A DNA stretch of 63,456 bases, the filler included, from Licmophora abbreviata (lineage: Eukaryota), in NCBI GenBank assembly GCA_900291995.1. It is 9 parts of 9 records of this genome, joined end to end, with 100 filler letters (N's around TTAATTAATTAA, not from the genome) between each part and the next. Parts side by side here need not be neighbours in the genome. Positions count along the whole stretch, not along the records: positions 8,401 to 20,040 come from OLMU01000003.1; positions 20,141 to 34,464 come from OLMU01000004.1; 7 more parts are not named here. One strand, 5' to 3'. Under the pieces are notes generated by a model, which worked only from the letters and a program-made list of their open reading frames with translations, was not told where the DNA came from and ran no database searches. Both the position numbers and the translations under genes were made by a program. Below are positions 11,202 through 23,166 of this stretch, piece by piece (positions within the stretch are counted from its first letter, which is position 1; the number at the start of each line of letters is the position of its first letter).

Positions 11202-12591
11202 ATGGTGGAACTCATCGAGAGAATCAACAGCCTGCTGAAACAGGATAGGACAGTCTACAAGCGCAAGGATTACCTCGATCCGTCCTTTCAGCAGAATCTC
11301 TACGCCACTTCCCCCTTTGCCGTTCCAATGCCCTCATCGAAGTCGGGCAGCATATCTTCATCGTCTACCGGCTCCTCGTCCTCCTCCGGCATTAACGAGG
11401 CGTGGAGGGAGAAGATCTGCGAATGGTCGTATCAGGTAGTTGACCATTTCGACTTCAGTCGAGAAGTGGTCAGCGTTTCGATCTCTCTCCTTGATCGATA
11501 TCTGTCGAACAAGGCCGTGGACAAGAAACAGTTCCAGCTTGCTGCCATGAGCTGTCTCTATCTCAGCATCAAGATCTTTGAGCGGGGAACTCTCAGTATG
11601 GACTGTATGGTCGATCTGAGCAAAGGATTTTTCTCCACGGAGCAGATGACGGCCATGGAAATGGAAATCTTGGAGTAAGTGCCCATGGTGGACGCAGCCT
11701 TGCCCATTTCACAGTCGGTCGCGTCACCGCTCGGCTGAACGTGAGGTTTTCTATTGAAATGCCTCATGTTTGTAGACAGTGTATATTGGCCACACCGAGG
11801 ATGTCCTGCTCACATATGATATTCGCATGAGGAGTATTTGAATATGGAAGATCCTTCTGTCGTTATGCTATGCGACTTTCTTGGCTCACTGACATTTTCG
11901 TGGGAGCGTCCTGACCACACAAAAGCCAAAGTCCAACTTCCGACCACGTTTGAGGAAGGGGAAGAACTTCCGTCGATTTTTGCTCACTTTTTGCCCCGTA
12001 CCTTTTTACTCGCGCAGCACCTTGTCGTGGTATGTCCATCCTCCGACGTCTGTCTGCTTCGTTAGGCACTTGCTTCATATGCTCCCGGCGGATGCGGAAT
12101 GTACCGCCTTACTCAAGCACGAGGTCTTGGAACTAGCTCGCTTCCTGACCGAACTCAGTGTCATTGACTATTTTTTCGTCGACAAGCACACCTCCTCGAC
12201 CGCTCTCGCCGCACTTCTCAACGCCATGGACACTGTTCGAGGCTTTCCGCTTGCTTCCAAAGCTCAGCTTTTGGAACAGCTTGGGCTGCTTGAGAATCTT
12301 GATCCTACTAGTTGCGATGTACTAGAGTGCCGCCGCCGTTTGGGAGACTTGTACTCTGAAGGTGGATATGCAGCACCATCTCCCATCTCTGTCGCTCAAG
12401 AGCTTCCAGAGCAACCTCGTACGGACGCCATCTCTCCCGTCTGCGTGGCAAACGTCTTTGACGTTTCCCACAACTCTGGTTGTGGAGACATGCCACCCCA
12501 GCCCCCGGCATACGCTCCCGAAAATGTGGACTCCGGCTACGCTACAACCTACGCTGTGTTCACGGATGCCATGAATGATGCCGACCTTTAA
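11202..12591 (+). CDS. Cyclin, diatom-specific (dsCYC) type, 2 exons
   Basis: join(11202..11674,12018..12591); cyclin box WREKICEWSYQVVDHFDFSREVVSVSISLLDRYL...FQLAAMSCLYLSIK...MEMEILDTLSWYVHPPT; C-domain ARFLTELSVIDYFFV; 343-bp intron. Confidence 0.88.
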
Positions 12592-12989
12592 TCGCTCTTC
12601 ATGAAGCACACTACCAACTCGACGGCTTCTAGCCATCACATTATTACGCCCCGATCACTCAACACTCAAGCCTTGCGTGTGCAACTTTCGCCAAGGAACT
12701 TTAAAAATGCAGCACCATGCTCACAACGAAGTCGCGTTCCTAAGAAACGCCTCCTAGGTCACAAACCACGCTCATGTACAATTGATATAAATCACCTCCA
12801 AAGAACTTTCACGGAACCTGCATACGTTATCGAAATGCGGGCCGTTCTATCATCTCACTGAATCACTCACCAACAGCGTGCTCAACATTAAGCAAGACAG
12901 AGAGAAGATAACTGTAAACTATCCATGTTGTTGCTGGTCTAGCATATTCTCTTTACGAATCAAATAGCAGTAGATCACAGAAGCGGTCT

Positions 12990-15209
12990 TTACGAATATT
13001 TGTGTGGAAAAAGTCTTCCAGGACGGTATTGTCGGAGAAGGTCGAGTGATACCCCATCCGATATTTCTTCCGCCACACACGGTCCAATGATTGGAGCGAG
13101 TGTAACACCCGAATGCGTGACGGCAACGTATAGACCGCTATCAATATATCCAATAGCTGGCCACCCATCCTTTGGTATGGGACGGACCGCTTGTGCGAAA
13201 TGAGTGTAGACGGCGCTTCCTACCGGTTCAGGAGCAAGATCTCGAGCGTGGTGCAGAAGCTGTTGTCCACAATCTGATTCTGCCAAGCGGAAAGCTTCGC
13301 TGGTTTCAGAGCTGGACGAGACGGGTCCTCCAACTTGTAGGAAGCCACCACCAGCAACAATTGTCCCATCTTGGCGCATGAGCACGTGTGATTCCCTCAC
13401 TGTGTCGACTAGAATCCGTGAAAGGGCGGACCTCCCAGAGGACTGCGCAAACGCAACCTGGCCAGGACTGTGGCATAACGGCAACCCTCCAAGAGCTGCC
13501 AAAGCAGACCCCACGCCAGCAGCCACGACCACAACATCTGCCAGTATTGATTCAGAAGTGCCAGTGTCAGCCGTGTACAAAGCCCCAACGACTCTACCGT
13601 CATCCTTGCGCAGCAGTTCCTTGACGTATGCCCCACCAACGAAAGTGACTCCCAGTTTCCGCGTCTTATGCCGTAGAGCCCTGACCGCCCGCGAGGGGTC
13701 GACACATCCTTCGTCTGGAAAGAAGTGGATTGGGCCACCTTCCATTGAGAAATTCGATTTTGGTTCCAGATAGAGCAACCTCTCGGCTGTGAGAGGACCT
13801 TCCACAGTGTAGCCACCGGGAAAGTCAGGCGTCGTCTTTGACTGAACCAGCGCACCATTCCACAATGGAAAGTCTGCAAGAACTGCATCCCTCCTCCACC
13901 CTAGCATACCAAGCTGGTTCAACAGTTGATAGGCGAGAGGCTTCTTCTGATTGGCATTGATCCAAGCCCATGACGCGGGTGTGGTCGCCCCCATTTCATT
14001 CTCTGCCAACCGATCCAGCACTGTGACAGCGACGCCGCGGCGCGCTAGATTCATTGCTATTGAACTGCCAATTATGCCACCTCCAATGATGATGGCAGAT
14101 TTACAAGAACAACTCTGTTCCCGTGTCTCTCCCCACAGCGTTATGCCGAGTTCTGACAGACGGATCTCCTTCGACGAAAACTCCTTTTCTGGTGGAGGCT
14201 CCTTGGCCCGCCGTAGCCCCTCTGTTCCAGTAGCGTTATTTATTAAATCTTCATGAAACTTCTGGGGGTGCCTGTCGTCAACGAAGGAAAGCCATATTCC
14301 GTTGCGCTCCTGCAACTCGTTCGCCGCGAGTTCCTTGCTTGGAATGGCATCAGGCATGGAGAGGGAGTACTGTCGAAAGTAGGCGAGTGTGTCATTCATG
14401 TCAGACTCTTTCGCAATCCCCGTTAGTTCTTGAAGCGCCGGAATAAGCTCTTCTAAGAGCCGTTCAAGTGCGTGCGACTTTTGCCGATGGACCTCAGACA
14501 AGGTTAAGGGAGGATCGGATGAGTGACATAGCAACCACATGCACGAAGCCCAAAGAAGCTTTCGAGCAGCGCACACTTTCAACCGCTCCCACGAAGCCAC
14601 GTGTTCCGTCCGGATCGCATTATTGTCCAGTACACTCCGTATCTTGGCAGTATGCTTACCATAGACATAGGTCGGTGGCGAATCTGGCGTCTTGGTCGGC
14701 GGCGCGCCCACCTGCAAAACTCCATAGTGAGGAACAACGACTGTCGCGTTGAAAAAATATTCTCGAGGTATGCCGTTTCCAATCCATACCAAATCCGATT
14801 TTCTCTCTATTGACGTCTGTCGGTAGACTTCATCCCAGGACTGGGAAGGCGTCACCACGACGATAGGCCGCCCCTCAGCAGAGCGAAATCCCTGGGAAAC
14901 ACCCCGTGGGACAGCCACTGCACCCGGGCACTGCAACAAGAGTGATCCCATTCGACCCCCAGCACCCACCACCTCAAACGAGCATGCATCGAATGACATG
15001 TCAGTGCAAGAATCCTGATTCACTTCTGCGCCTCCTCGACATTTCGTCAGCAGAGTGCCGCAGCGACGCACTCGCAACGACGGCAAGGTCGACGCCGTCA
15101 CAACATCATGACGACTGTGGCGACTCTGAAGCCATCCTGTCATTCCATCGGTCCCCAATCTGAATAAGGACAATGCCACAACAATTGTAACGATCAACTT
15201 CATCGTCAT
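12990..15209 (-). CDS. Two-domain oxidoreductase: N-terminal Rossmann/ketopantoate-reductase-like module plus C-terminal FAD-dependent DAO/glycine-oxidase-family domain
   Basis: Single 739-aa ORF; signal peptide and RGG motif; VVGAGGRMG...DLVWIGNG...KLLWAS; then AIIIGGGIIGSSIA...ASWAWINAN...RPIPKDGWPAIG...THSGVTLAP. Confidence 0.8.
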   Translation of the reverse strand: MTMKLIVTIVVALSLFRLGTDGMTGWLQSRHSRHDVVTASTLPSLRVRRCGTLLTKCRGGAEVNQDSCTDMSFDACSFEVVGAGGRMGSLLLQCPGAVAVPRGVSQGFRSAEGRPIVVVTPSQSWDEVYRQTSIERKSDLVWIGNGIPREYFFNATVVVPHYGVLQVGAPPTKTPDSPPTYVYGKHTAKIRSVLDNNAIRTEHVASWERLKVCAARKLLWASCMWLLCHSSDPPLTLSEVHRQKSHALERLLEELIPALQELTGIAKESDMNDTLAYFRQYSLSMPDAIPSKELAANELQERNGIWLSFVDDRHPQKFHEDLINNATGTEGLRRAKEPPPEKEFSSKEIRLSELGITLWGETREQSCSCKSAIIIGGGIIGSSIAMNLARRGVAVTVLDRLAENEMGATTPASWAWINANQKKPLAYQLLNQLGMLGWRRDAVLADFPLWNGALVQSKTTPDFPGGYTVEGPLTAERLLYLEPKSNFSMEGGPIHFFPDEGCVDPSRAVRALRHKTRKLGVTFVGGAYVKELLRKDDGRVVGALYTADTGTSESILADVVVVAAGVGSALAALGGLPLCHSPGQVAFAQSSGRSALSRILVDTVRESHVLMRQDGTIVAGGGFLQVGGPVSSSSETSEAFRLAESDCGQQLLHHARDLAPEPVGSAVYTHFAQAVRPIPKDGWPAIGYIDSGLYVAVTHSGVTLAPIIGPCVAEEISDGVSLDLLRQYRPGRLFPHKYS

Positions 15210-15607
15210 GGCATCTCAACTGGATACTCGAGCGGCATGTCGCCCATCAGCATCACCGCATCGTCGTGAGGCAAAATCAGAAAAAAGGCGAAAAGATTCA
15301 GAAGATCTGTAAAGTAGGTTCCGGTACAGATCCTACGCGGAACTAGCGGAGGAGTCTGTTTCAAATTTGCGCGCGCTGCCATCCCACCTTGCGCATCTTG
15401 CAGGGTCCGGCGGACGACTGATGCATCGCCTCACAACAACGCGACGAAGCATTTCAATCATATCGTAGCGCGACTTAACTCTCCTTGAGCTTCTGCCACT
15501 ACCCTGGTATCTAAATCGAAAAACGATCGATCTTCTAAGCCCCAGACTAGGAATGAGCGGGATACAGTGGACGTAAAACTAGCTACCCAGAGTGAGACGC
15601 TCACGCG

Positions 15608-18356
15608 ATGCATCCACTCCACCATTCGTCTCTGACTTCCCGAACCGAGTTTGCCTCGATCTCGCTGTTATTGAAACCTGACGATGACTCCTCTATATCT
15701 AGAGTAGGAGAGTCACTGTTTGTTGTCTCTCCATTGGCCACGACGTGCCACGAGGATGCGACGCGATGCCTGGAAGAGCTGCATCAACATGTCACCAGCT
15801 GTATACGGAATCAGGATTCTAGGAATACACAAACGGCGGCATCGGATACGAAAAAGACCAATGGCAATCATCGCGGCAATGACGGCGCCATCACCGATGA
15901 CAGTCGTCCTGAATCTCCGCCGCACAACGATCCTATCTTTTGGAATGACACTGAGGACGGTGACTCGTCGACTCTAAAGATTTTTCGACCGTCTGAAGGA
16001 CGTGGGATCGGACTTCAATATGCGATGATTCGAGGTGACACACACATCATTCCTAAATGCGCCTCCTTGTTGTTGGGTACCGGCAAGGGGGCGCGTACAT
16101 CATCAGTAGGTGCAAATAGTTCCAGCAGCAAGGAAATGTTGGATGGAATCCTAGTGTGTGTGGGAGTTTCGGGCTGGTCGCATGCAGCGAGATCGCTGGG
16201 TGAACGCGTACAGGAGATTGTCCGCATGATGCATGCCCTGGCGGCAATGAACAATACCAATGGCAGTCGAGACGCCCTGGAATCTGTCATGGCAACCTTG
16301 ATTCTTAGCGATGAGGAAGACCAAAAGACGAATGTCATGGTGGAGGCTGAATCAATAACGTTTTGTCCGGAAATCGACTTGGAAGTCGCAGAGAAGTCCG
16401 GCAAGTCGGCTCAAATGAAGCAAAATAGACGGCCCGGCAAGAAGAATAGCCAGCTGCGACGAGAGTTTTCAGGATCGTCCGATCTACCTCTTGCTATAGA
16501 AACGGAGTCATCTGCTGACATTGCGCGAATCATTGCAGAACGCCTTGCAGTACTGTCGGTTGCAGAAAACGACGTGACGTTTGCACAGTACGAGATGTCG
16601 GGTCAACAACGACGGCGAAACTTTGAGACGGAAATGGGGGGCAAATCGAGGGTGCGATCAAGACGAAGGAAGATGGGCGAGCTAGCAGACCTGGAGGACT
16701 TTGACTGTCCAGATAAAGCCTCAACGGAACCAGTCGCCATTCCTGCGCTCAAGCCACCGAGTCAGATCCGCGCGACCCGATCGTACCACGATGATTACAG
16801 TGGCAATGCGAACAAGGGAGCTGTGCCGACACTCGTAGCGCCTCGAGGCGACGTCGCTAGAGTGAGTACACGCAGATCACTGCAGCCGTCAATACGACGA
16901 CAAGAGAGGATGGTCAACCCGTCGAATGCATTCGATGCGTTTGAGCAGATGAATGGGTCACTATCCTCGAGAAGTCTACAGGAATCGCGAACAACAGAGG
17001 ATGGATTCGCGGACCCATTTGGCATTGAGGGAGATTCCTTTGGTTTAAGCGCATTAAGTCGAGACAGAATCACACCGACCAACCAAGGGGCCGACTTCGA
17101 GGGATTTGATCCGTTTTCTCCCCCAGAAGCTGAAACACGGAGATCCGAGGTAACACCTGCGTCAGTTGCCAGTGCTGGGAGTTTCGCAATCACAACTCCT
17201 TCACCAGTTGCTCATGGTGATGATCATCGAACCCAAGCATTCACAGGTCTATGCAACTGAGCAGAACCATGCCCTTTATGCATCGGGGTCACACCTATCG
17301 GCTGGCCCGGGTTCCACAGACGCGTTTGGCTTCTCAAGTAGTGACTGGGCATCGCCCAGTTCTCCTAATAATGGAAAGAGCCTGTCGACTGCATTGAGCA
17401 CACCACGCACGAAAACCACCCAGGATGCCCCACGAATGGCTGTCAATGTCGCCTTGAACGAAGATCTCACATGTTCGTACAAACAGTCTAAGATATCTTC
17501 GTGCTCGGTCGAAGGAGTGGTTCAGGTATGCCTGGATGATTTGAATGATCTGGGTTGTACTGCGCTAGATTTCTTGTCTAATTCCTTGTCTCCTCTTTGT
17601 GCAAAGGTTCAAGTTTCATTGGATGCTCGTGACGGCGTACCTTTCTTTCTGTACGTACGAGACCCATCCAATCATATCAAACTAGTTCAGGAGAATAGGC
17701 GCTATGCAGACGATATCACACAAGCAGTTGTGGGCCAAGATGAAGTCGGAGCGGACTACAAGTTCACCGTGTCAGTTCCGATTTCCGATAAGTATTTTCC
17801 TATAATGCGATACAAGTGCAACACGGATCTGCGTCCCGTACCCATTGTAAGTGTCGGCAGATTTTAAAAGTGCCGAGGAAGCCTGCTCCTGACACTGACG
17901 GTTTCTTCCGTACAGAGAGTTCAAACACGGGTGCGGCCCCATGACACCCTTTGCCGCGTGGCGTTACAGATTAGCTCAAACCCAACCAACGATGACAATT
18001 TAACAGATCTGACGATCGTCATGGGAGTTCCGCCAGAGGTGAAGGGGGAAACTCTTACCACATCGCCTGCTGGTGGAGTCTGGAATGAGAGCAAACGCAG
18101 CGTGGTGTGGTGTGTAGCCGAGCTCGGCGGCGGCGAGAAATTTCAGCTAGGAGCGCAATTCAAGATGAGGCGGGATACGACGGATGCAGCTGAGGTCGAA
18201 AAACCGAAGTTTCCCGTTCTTGTAAGGTGTCAATGTATGTACTCCCAGCTGAGCGAAATAGAATTGGAAGTTTCCGATATTCCCGAAATTTTCCCCGCTG
18301 ATGTTTCGATGAAGCTTGCGCGGCGATTTCGACTGTCCCATCGAGAAAAATCTTAG
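15608..18356 (+). CDS. Mu-homology-domain (muniscin/AP-mu-like) endocytic adaptor candidate, 4 exons
   Basis: join(15608..17149,17247..17525,17607..17846,17916..18356), in frame; disordered middle region with DPF/DAF motifs; C-terminal beta-rich MHD (VNVALNEDL...GVW...VVWCVAEL...FPV). Confidence 0.7.
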
Positions 18357-18504
18357 CGTACTAGACACGATGTGAGTGATATATGATATTCAATTGAGCA
18401 ATTGAGTTTCTAGACAGCGGTGACTAGAATGATTACTAAATGATCGCTTACGATATGCCTCTCTACTTTGTTGGGCGTTTTTTGAGCTAACAGAAACGTC
18501 TCCA

Positions 18505-20039
18505 TCAAAGGTAACGTAACGGCACGCGCTCCACTCGATCGCTGCCCGTGCGTTCTCCTTGGAGTGCTTGCGGGACAACTACGACATCTGATACCGAAGC
18601 GGATGACGGGGTCCACTTGTAGTTGCTGAAGCTGCCTGATGGCATGTGACTTTGCTCACCGAGAGACTTGGAGGCACACGACAGCCCCGGAGTACGAACA
18701 TCATTGTCCTCCATCCACATTCGTAGCGCGTCGTTCTCGATGACGCGCTTGACATCACCAGCGACTCGGTTCGCCACAGCCATTGCCTTCGCGTCCGGCA
18801 CACAAGAATCCGGCGAAAAATCGGGAAGCTGCTCCAACATGAGATCAGTTAGCTGCTCACCGCTGATCGCTTGCGACACACGCTGAGAGTGCGTCTTGTC
18901 CTCATCGCGCTGAAGATCATTCTTTGGAGTCTCGACGGTAGGGAGGACGAGGAAGGGAAATACGTCGCAGGATGGATCTTGCTTCGCGCGTTGACGGATC
19001 TTTTTGGCACCATCGACTCTCTCCTGTCGGCGTTTCTGAGATCGTACGAAGGAATGCCATCGGTTCTTGATGTCATTGTCGGTCCGATGAGGGATCTGTT
19101 CGCGGATTTTGGCCCACCTTTTGCAGAGGCGGACAAGACAGGGAATTGGTCAGACATTGACATGCAAGAAGGGGGACTGCACTGTACCCGGGTAGAGGCG
19201 CGAAGAGCAGGTGGAATTACTTACTTGTTCCCGAGTTTCCGCTGAAGATCGAAAATCGTGCGATCCTCCCACTCCTCCCAGTTGCCCTTCACGACGTTTG
19301 GGCGCAAGTGATTGTGCCAGCGCTCGCGGCATTGCTTGCATGTTCGCCCTTCCATAAAAGGTGCGATATCTCTCCAGCTGATCTCAGAAACGGAACCGCT
19401 TTCTCCTACGAGCTTGTTCAGCTTCGCGTCCTCGCCTGGTGTCCAAGAAACGTGTTTTTTCTTCGAGTGGACCCCAGGTGTGTTGTGTTCCTCCTGGAGG
19501 TCCTTCTGAGAAGTCGTTGTCTCTCTTCTACTGCTACACAGACCGCTAGTTGAGGCAATGACACCATCCTCTATCACGCATGTGTCCTCACTTTTCGCCT
19601 TCCTCTTCGTCTTCTTTCTCTTCGAAGCAGCAACCACGCGCAGTTCCTTTAGGTTGAGAGATGCCATTGATGTATCCTCTTCAGACTTGCTGCGTTCGCA
19701 TGTGGCGACGGTGATTGCATTGGACGGGTATCTGTAAGAGGTGATTGCGACTGGCTGAACACCATCCGCCGGAATCTCGTCCTTGGTGTTCGATCGGCTC
19801 GCAATGGCGGCAATGATGAGCTTGCTGCGGCTACCTCGAGTCGCTCGCTTGGGCGTAAAGTTGTGCTGTAACTTGCTTGTATCGGCGGAAGGTGATGCTG
19901 TCAAAGTCGGCGAGACGGAAGTCGTGCTCGTTCCATCGGGGACATCATCATCATGACGCCTTTTCGTGGAGAGCATACCCGCCAACGTGTTGCCCGACTT
20001 CTTTCTCTTCGTGTTGGTTATGTTGGAAAGAGCCACTCG
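18505..20039 (-). CDS. R2R3-type Myb transcription factor (5' end lost in or beyond the gap)
   Basis: Exons 19225..>20039 and 18505..19117 (intron 19118..19224); WTPGEDAKL...WRDIAPFMEGRTCKQCRERWHNHLRPNVVKGNWEEWEDRTI...GNKWAKIREQIPHRTDNDIKNRW. A possible short first exon lies at 20264..20299 (MQVSPRGRTEPQ, followed by GTAAGT). Confidence 0.88.
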
Positions 20040-20040
20040 G

Positions 20041-20140
20041 NNNNNNNNNNNNNNNNNNNNNNNNNNNNNNNNNNNNNNNNNNNNTTAATTAATTAANNNN
20101 NNNNNNNNNNNNNNNNNNNNNNNNNNNNNNNNNNNNNNNN
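20041..20140. other. Artificial scaffold linker
   Basis: N44-TTAATTAATTAA-N44. Confidence 0.98.
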
Positions 20141-20727
20141 GAGTCGTCACCAATCCCGAGGCCGTCTCTTCCGAGGAAGCGTCAAGCCTCCCTCGTAAAT
20201 CGTTCTGTCAAGCTGTCGTAGCCAATTTCACAGAAGCACCTCTTCAAATCTTATTGCACTTACTTGAGGTTCAGTCCGCCCACGTGGAGACACTTGCATT
20301 CAATGATCTCAAACACCACGTCAAGACAAGGCAAATAATCGAAGAGGTATGCGCCGACGGTGACAGCGCCGGCGGTTTCGCTCGAGAAGGAGAGTTAGAG
20401 TCGAGTCGAGTCATGGATCTGTTTACTTGTTGGTTGCAGTATATTCCTACACAAGTGTGACTGACCCTATTTGCGTCCGCCCGCCATACCGATCTCATCA
20501 TTTTAGAAATAACCCGGATATGAGAATACCGGCCCGCCGCTCGCCACTCATCTTGTTGGCGGCCCCCCATAGCCCAGAGGACGGCTGCACTAGTCTTGAC
20601 GCCGCGACGAGGGATTCTTCAAGCCATTTTTCGATGAATGCTGGTCATCTCATTGCGACCACATCGACGGTTGAAAGGAGTGAGAACCTGTTAGCTGCGA
20701 CCAGAGTGGGAATTTGGCAGGGTGATC

Positions 20728-21964
20728 ATGTCAGAAAGGGAAGAAGCGGGCAAGTCCCCAGAGGACTCGGCTAGACACGAGGTGCCACTCGTGGAAAGTG
20801 TGGCGTCAGAGGATGATGCAGCAGGAGAGCATGTGCCTGGCGCTGGCACCGCTTCTATTGGCTCAGCCGTTGGAGTCAGTCTTGTGGATGAGAATAACGA
20901 AGACGAAGGAGAGGGTCTCGATGAATATGATGTTGATGACGAGAATCCCATGTCGGTCCTTCCAAACTATGTGGTGCAACGTGTCGACAAGCTCATGGAA
21001 CTAAACTCGGAACGCGACAGGATTTCGGACGAGTATCTGAAGGAACGCGCCGAATTGGAGGCGAAATACCAAGCCCTTTACAAACCCCTGTATAACCAGC
21101 GTTTGGAAATTGTGCGTGGAGACAATGATGATGCAATAGCGAACGAGGCGACTACAGATGGCACTGCGAAAGAGCAACATTCGTCTGATGAAAAGGCCGT
21201 CGGAATTCCTCAGTTTTGGGTCTGTGCCATGGGCCACATGGAAGCTGTTGCAGAAAATGTGACGGAGGAAGATGTGGACTGTCTAGAACACCTGAGGGAC
21301 GTGACCTGCGACGACGATGCGGACGGCACTGGTTTCATTCTCAGGTTCTTCTTTGCACCGAACGAGTACTTCGAAAACAGCATTCTCACAAAGAAGTACG
21401 AGGTTCCTAACTTGCTTCTTGCTGACGAACCAATTCTCAAGAATGTGGAAGGATGCAAAATCCGATGGAAAGAAGGAAAGTCGCTTACTCATCGGGTCGT
21501 CAACAAGAAACAACGTGGAAAGGGCAAGAACGCAGGACAGATCAGAACAGTATCAAAGAAAGAGCGAAGAGAGTCATTCTTCAATTTCTTTGAGCCGCCA
21601 AAGATGCCATCGCTGGATGATATGGACGAGGAGAAGGCAGACCAGCTTGAGGAACTCTTCGACAGTGACTACGACATCGCTCAAGCTTTCCGCTCTCACA
21701 TTGTTCCCAAAGCAGTGCTTTGGTTCACTGGACAGGTAAGCCGCAGCTCTACCGCATTTTTTCCTTTTTGTGCTCTTAGTTTGACTCTCAACATTCCGTT
21801 GCTCTTCGCCTGCCTTTCAGGCCATGGATGAGGAGATGACAGAAATGTTTGGCAATAGTGAAATGCCACAAGCCCTTCTTGAGGCCGTGGCAGGCACCTC
21901 CGGATCAAACCCTTTCCCGCCCTCTGCTCCTGGCGAGCAACCTCCAGAATGCCAACAGAACTGA
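20728..21964 (+). CDS. NAP1: Nucleosome assembly protein 1, 2 exons
   Basis: join(20728..21735,21821..21964); LEAKYQALYKPLYNQR, GIPQFW, FAPNEYFENSILTKKY, ESFFNFF, IVPKAVLWFTG; ends PPECQQN*. Confidence 0.92.
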
Positions 21965-22360
21965 TGGCTATACATAATAACGTGATGAATAAGAGCGCCA
22001 TTGTCTATCGTCTCTTTTATTTGCGACATCCCTCTGCGATTTCGATTGATTCGCCACCTCACGAGCTACGAAAAAAGTAAATCATTTTGATAGAGCGTGA
22101 ACCCGCGGCGGCGATGTCGCGATCGCGACGGCATCACATGAACGCTCAACATCACGTCATCTGCTCTCGGCTCGGTAGAGAACAACGAACAAGCTCATCT
22201 TGGATTTCGTTCTTATGATTGTCTCACCCCCTATGGCCTTGTTGAGTTCCTAAAGTGACTGCCACGTCAATCGATTGAAATTTTCGTCATTACAAAAGAG
22301 AAAAGGCACTGTGGCACCGGCACATCACATATAATCGGACTGATAACCGGCGACAAAAGT

Positions 22361-22852
22361 ATGACCACCTCGAATGACGACCCGTACATGATTCAAGTAT
22401 CAGAACATCTTCCTTCTCTCGAAGCATGCAGCGACTTTGTGAGCGACCCATGCTGCGGTGCTATTTCTTCCTTTGTGGGAATCACTCGCAACAATTTTCA
22501 GGGAAAAATCGTCACCAAGCTGAGTTACGAAGGGTATGTGCCAATGGCAGAGAAGGAGCTACGAAAGCTGTGCGACGACGCTCGTGAAAAGCACCCCTCG
22601 ATTCAGAAGATTGCTGCTGCTCATATATTAGGAGATTGTCCTGTCGGGGAAGCCAGTGTCATACTGGCTGCGTCTAGTCCACATCGCAGAGATGCCATGC
22701 ACTGTGTCGAGTATTTGATCGACGAACTAAAGGCACGGATCCCAATCTGGAAAAGAGAAGTGTATGCGGACGACGAAGGTAGTGTTTGGAAGGAAAATAG
22801 TGAATGGCATGAAGGGAAACAGAAGCGAGTTATGGTGAAAGAAGAAAGCTAG
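22361..22852 (+). CDS. MOCS2B: Molybdopterin synthase catalytic subunit (MoaE/CNX6)
   Basis: CGAISSFVGITRNNFQGK...LSYEGYVPMA...HILGDCPVGEASV...SSPHRRDA...IDELKARIPIWKRE...WKEN. Confidence 0.93.
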   Translation: MTTSNDDPYMIQVSEHLPSLEACSDFVSDPCCGAISSFVGITRNNFQGKIVTKLSYEGYVPMAEKELRKLCDDAREKHPSIQKIAAAHILGDCPVGEASVILAASSPHRRDAMHCVEYLIDELKARIPIWKREVYADDEGSVWKENSEWHEGKQKRVMVKEES

Positions 22853-23166
22853 CAATGATCGCAGCCTAGTACCACATGCGTCTGGAAGTCTCTGTCTTGC
22901 TTGCTAACAGAATCCTAGTGATTTCGCGGACATGTTGTGTCCCTTGTGTCGGTTCTAAGTCATGAAATCTACGAGTAGTTTGCCCCTTGTCTACCGGTAC
23001 GTCTGTGTACCGAGTTCCGAATCGGAGGTAATGTCGCAAACAGGAATTAGGAATTCCAAATTTGATTCAGCCCGATGATGCCCGACAGCCGCACAAATTT
23101 TGGCGCGCCGCCGCCCCGCGAACCTGCGATTGATCCACACCAACACCATCAATCATCGCAATCACC

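Noticed and set aside
17150..17260. Apparent frameshift between ORFs 15608..17260 and 17166..17867
   Set aside because: Resolved by a canonical 97-bp intron (17150..17246).
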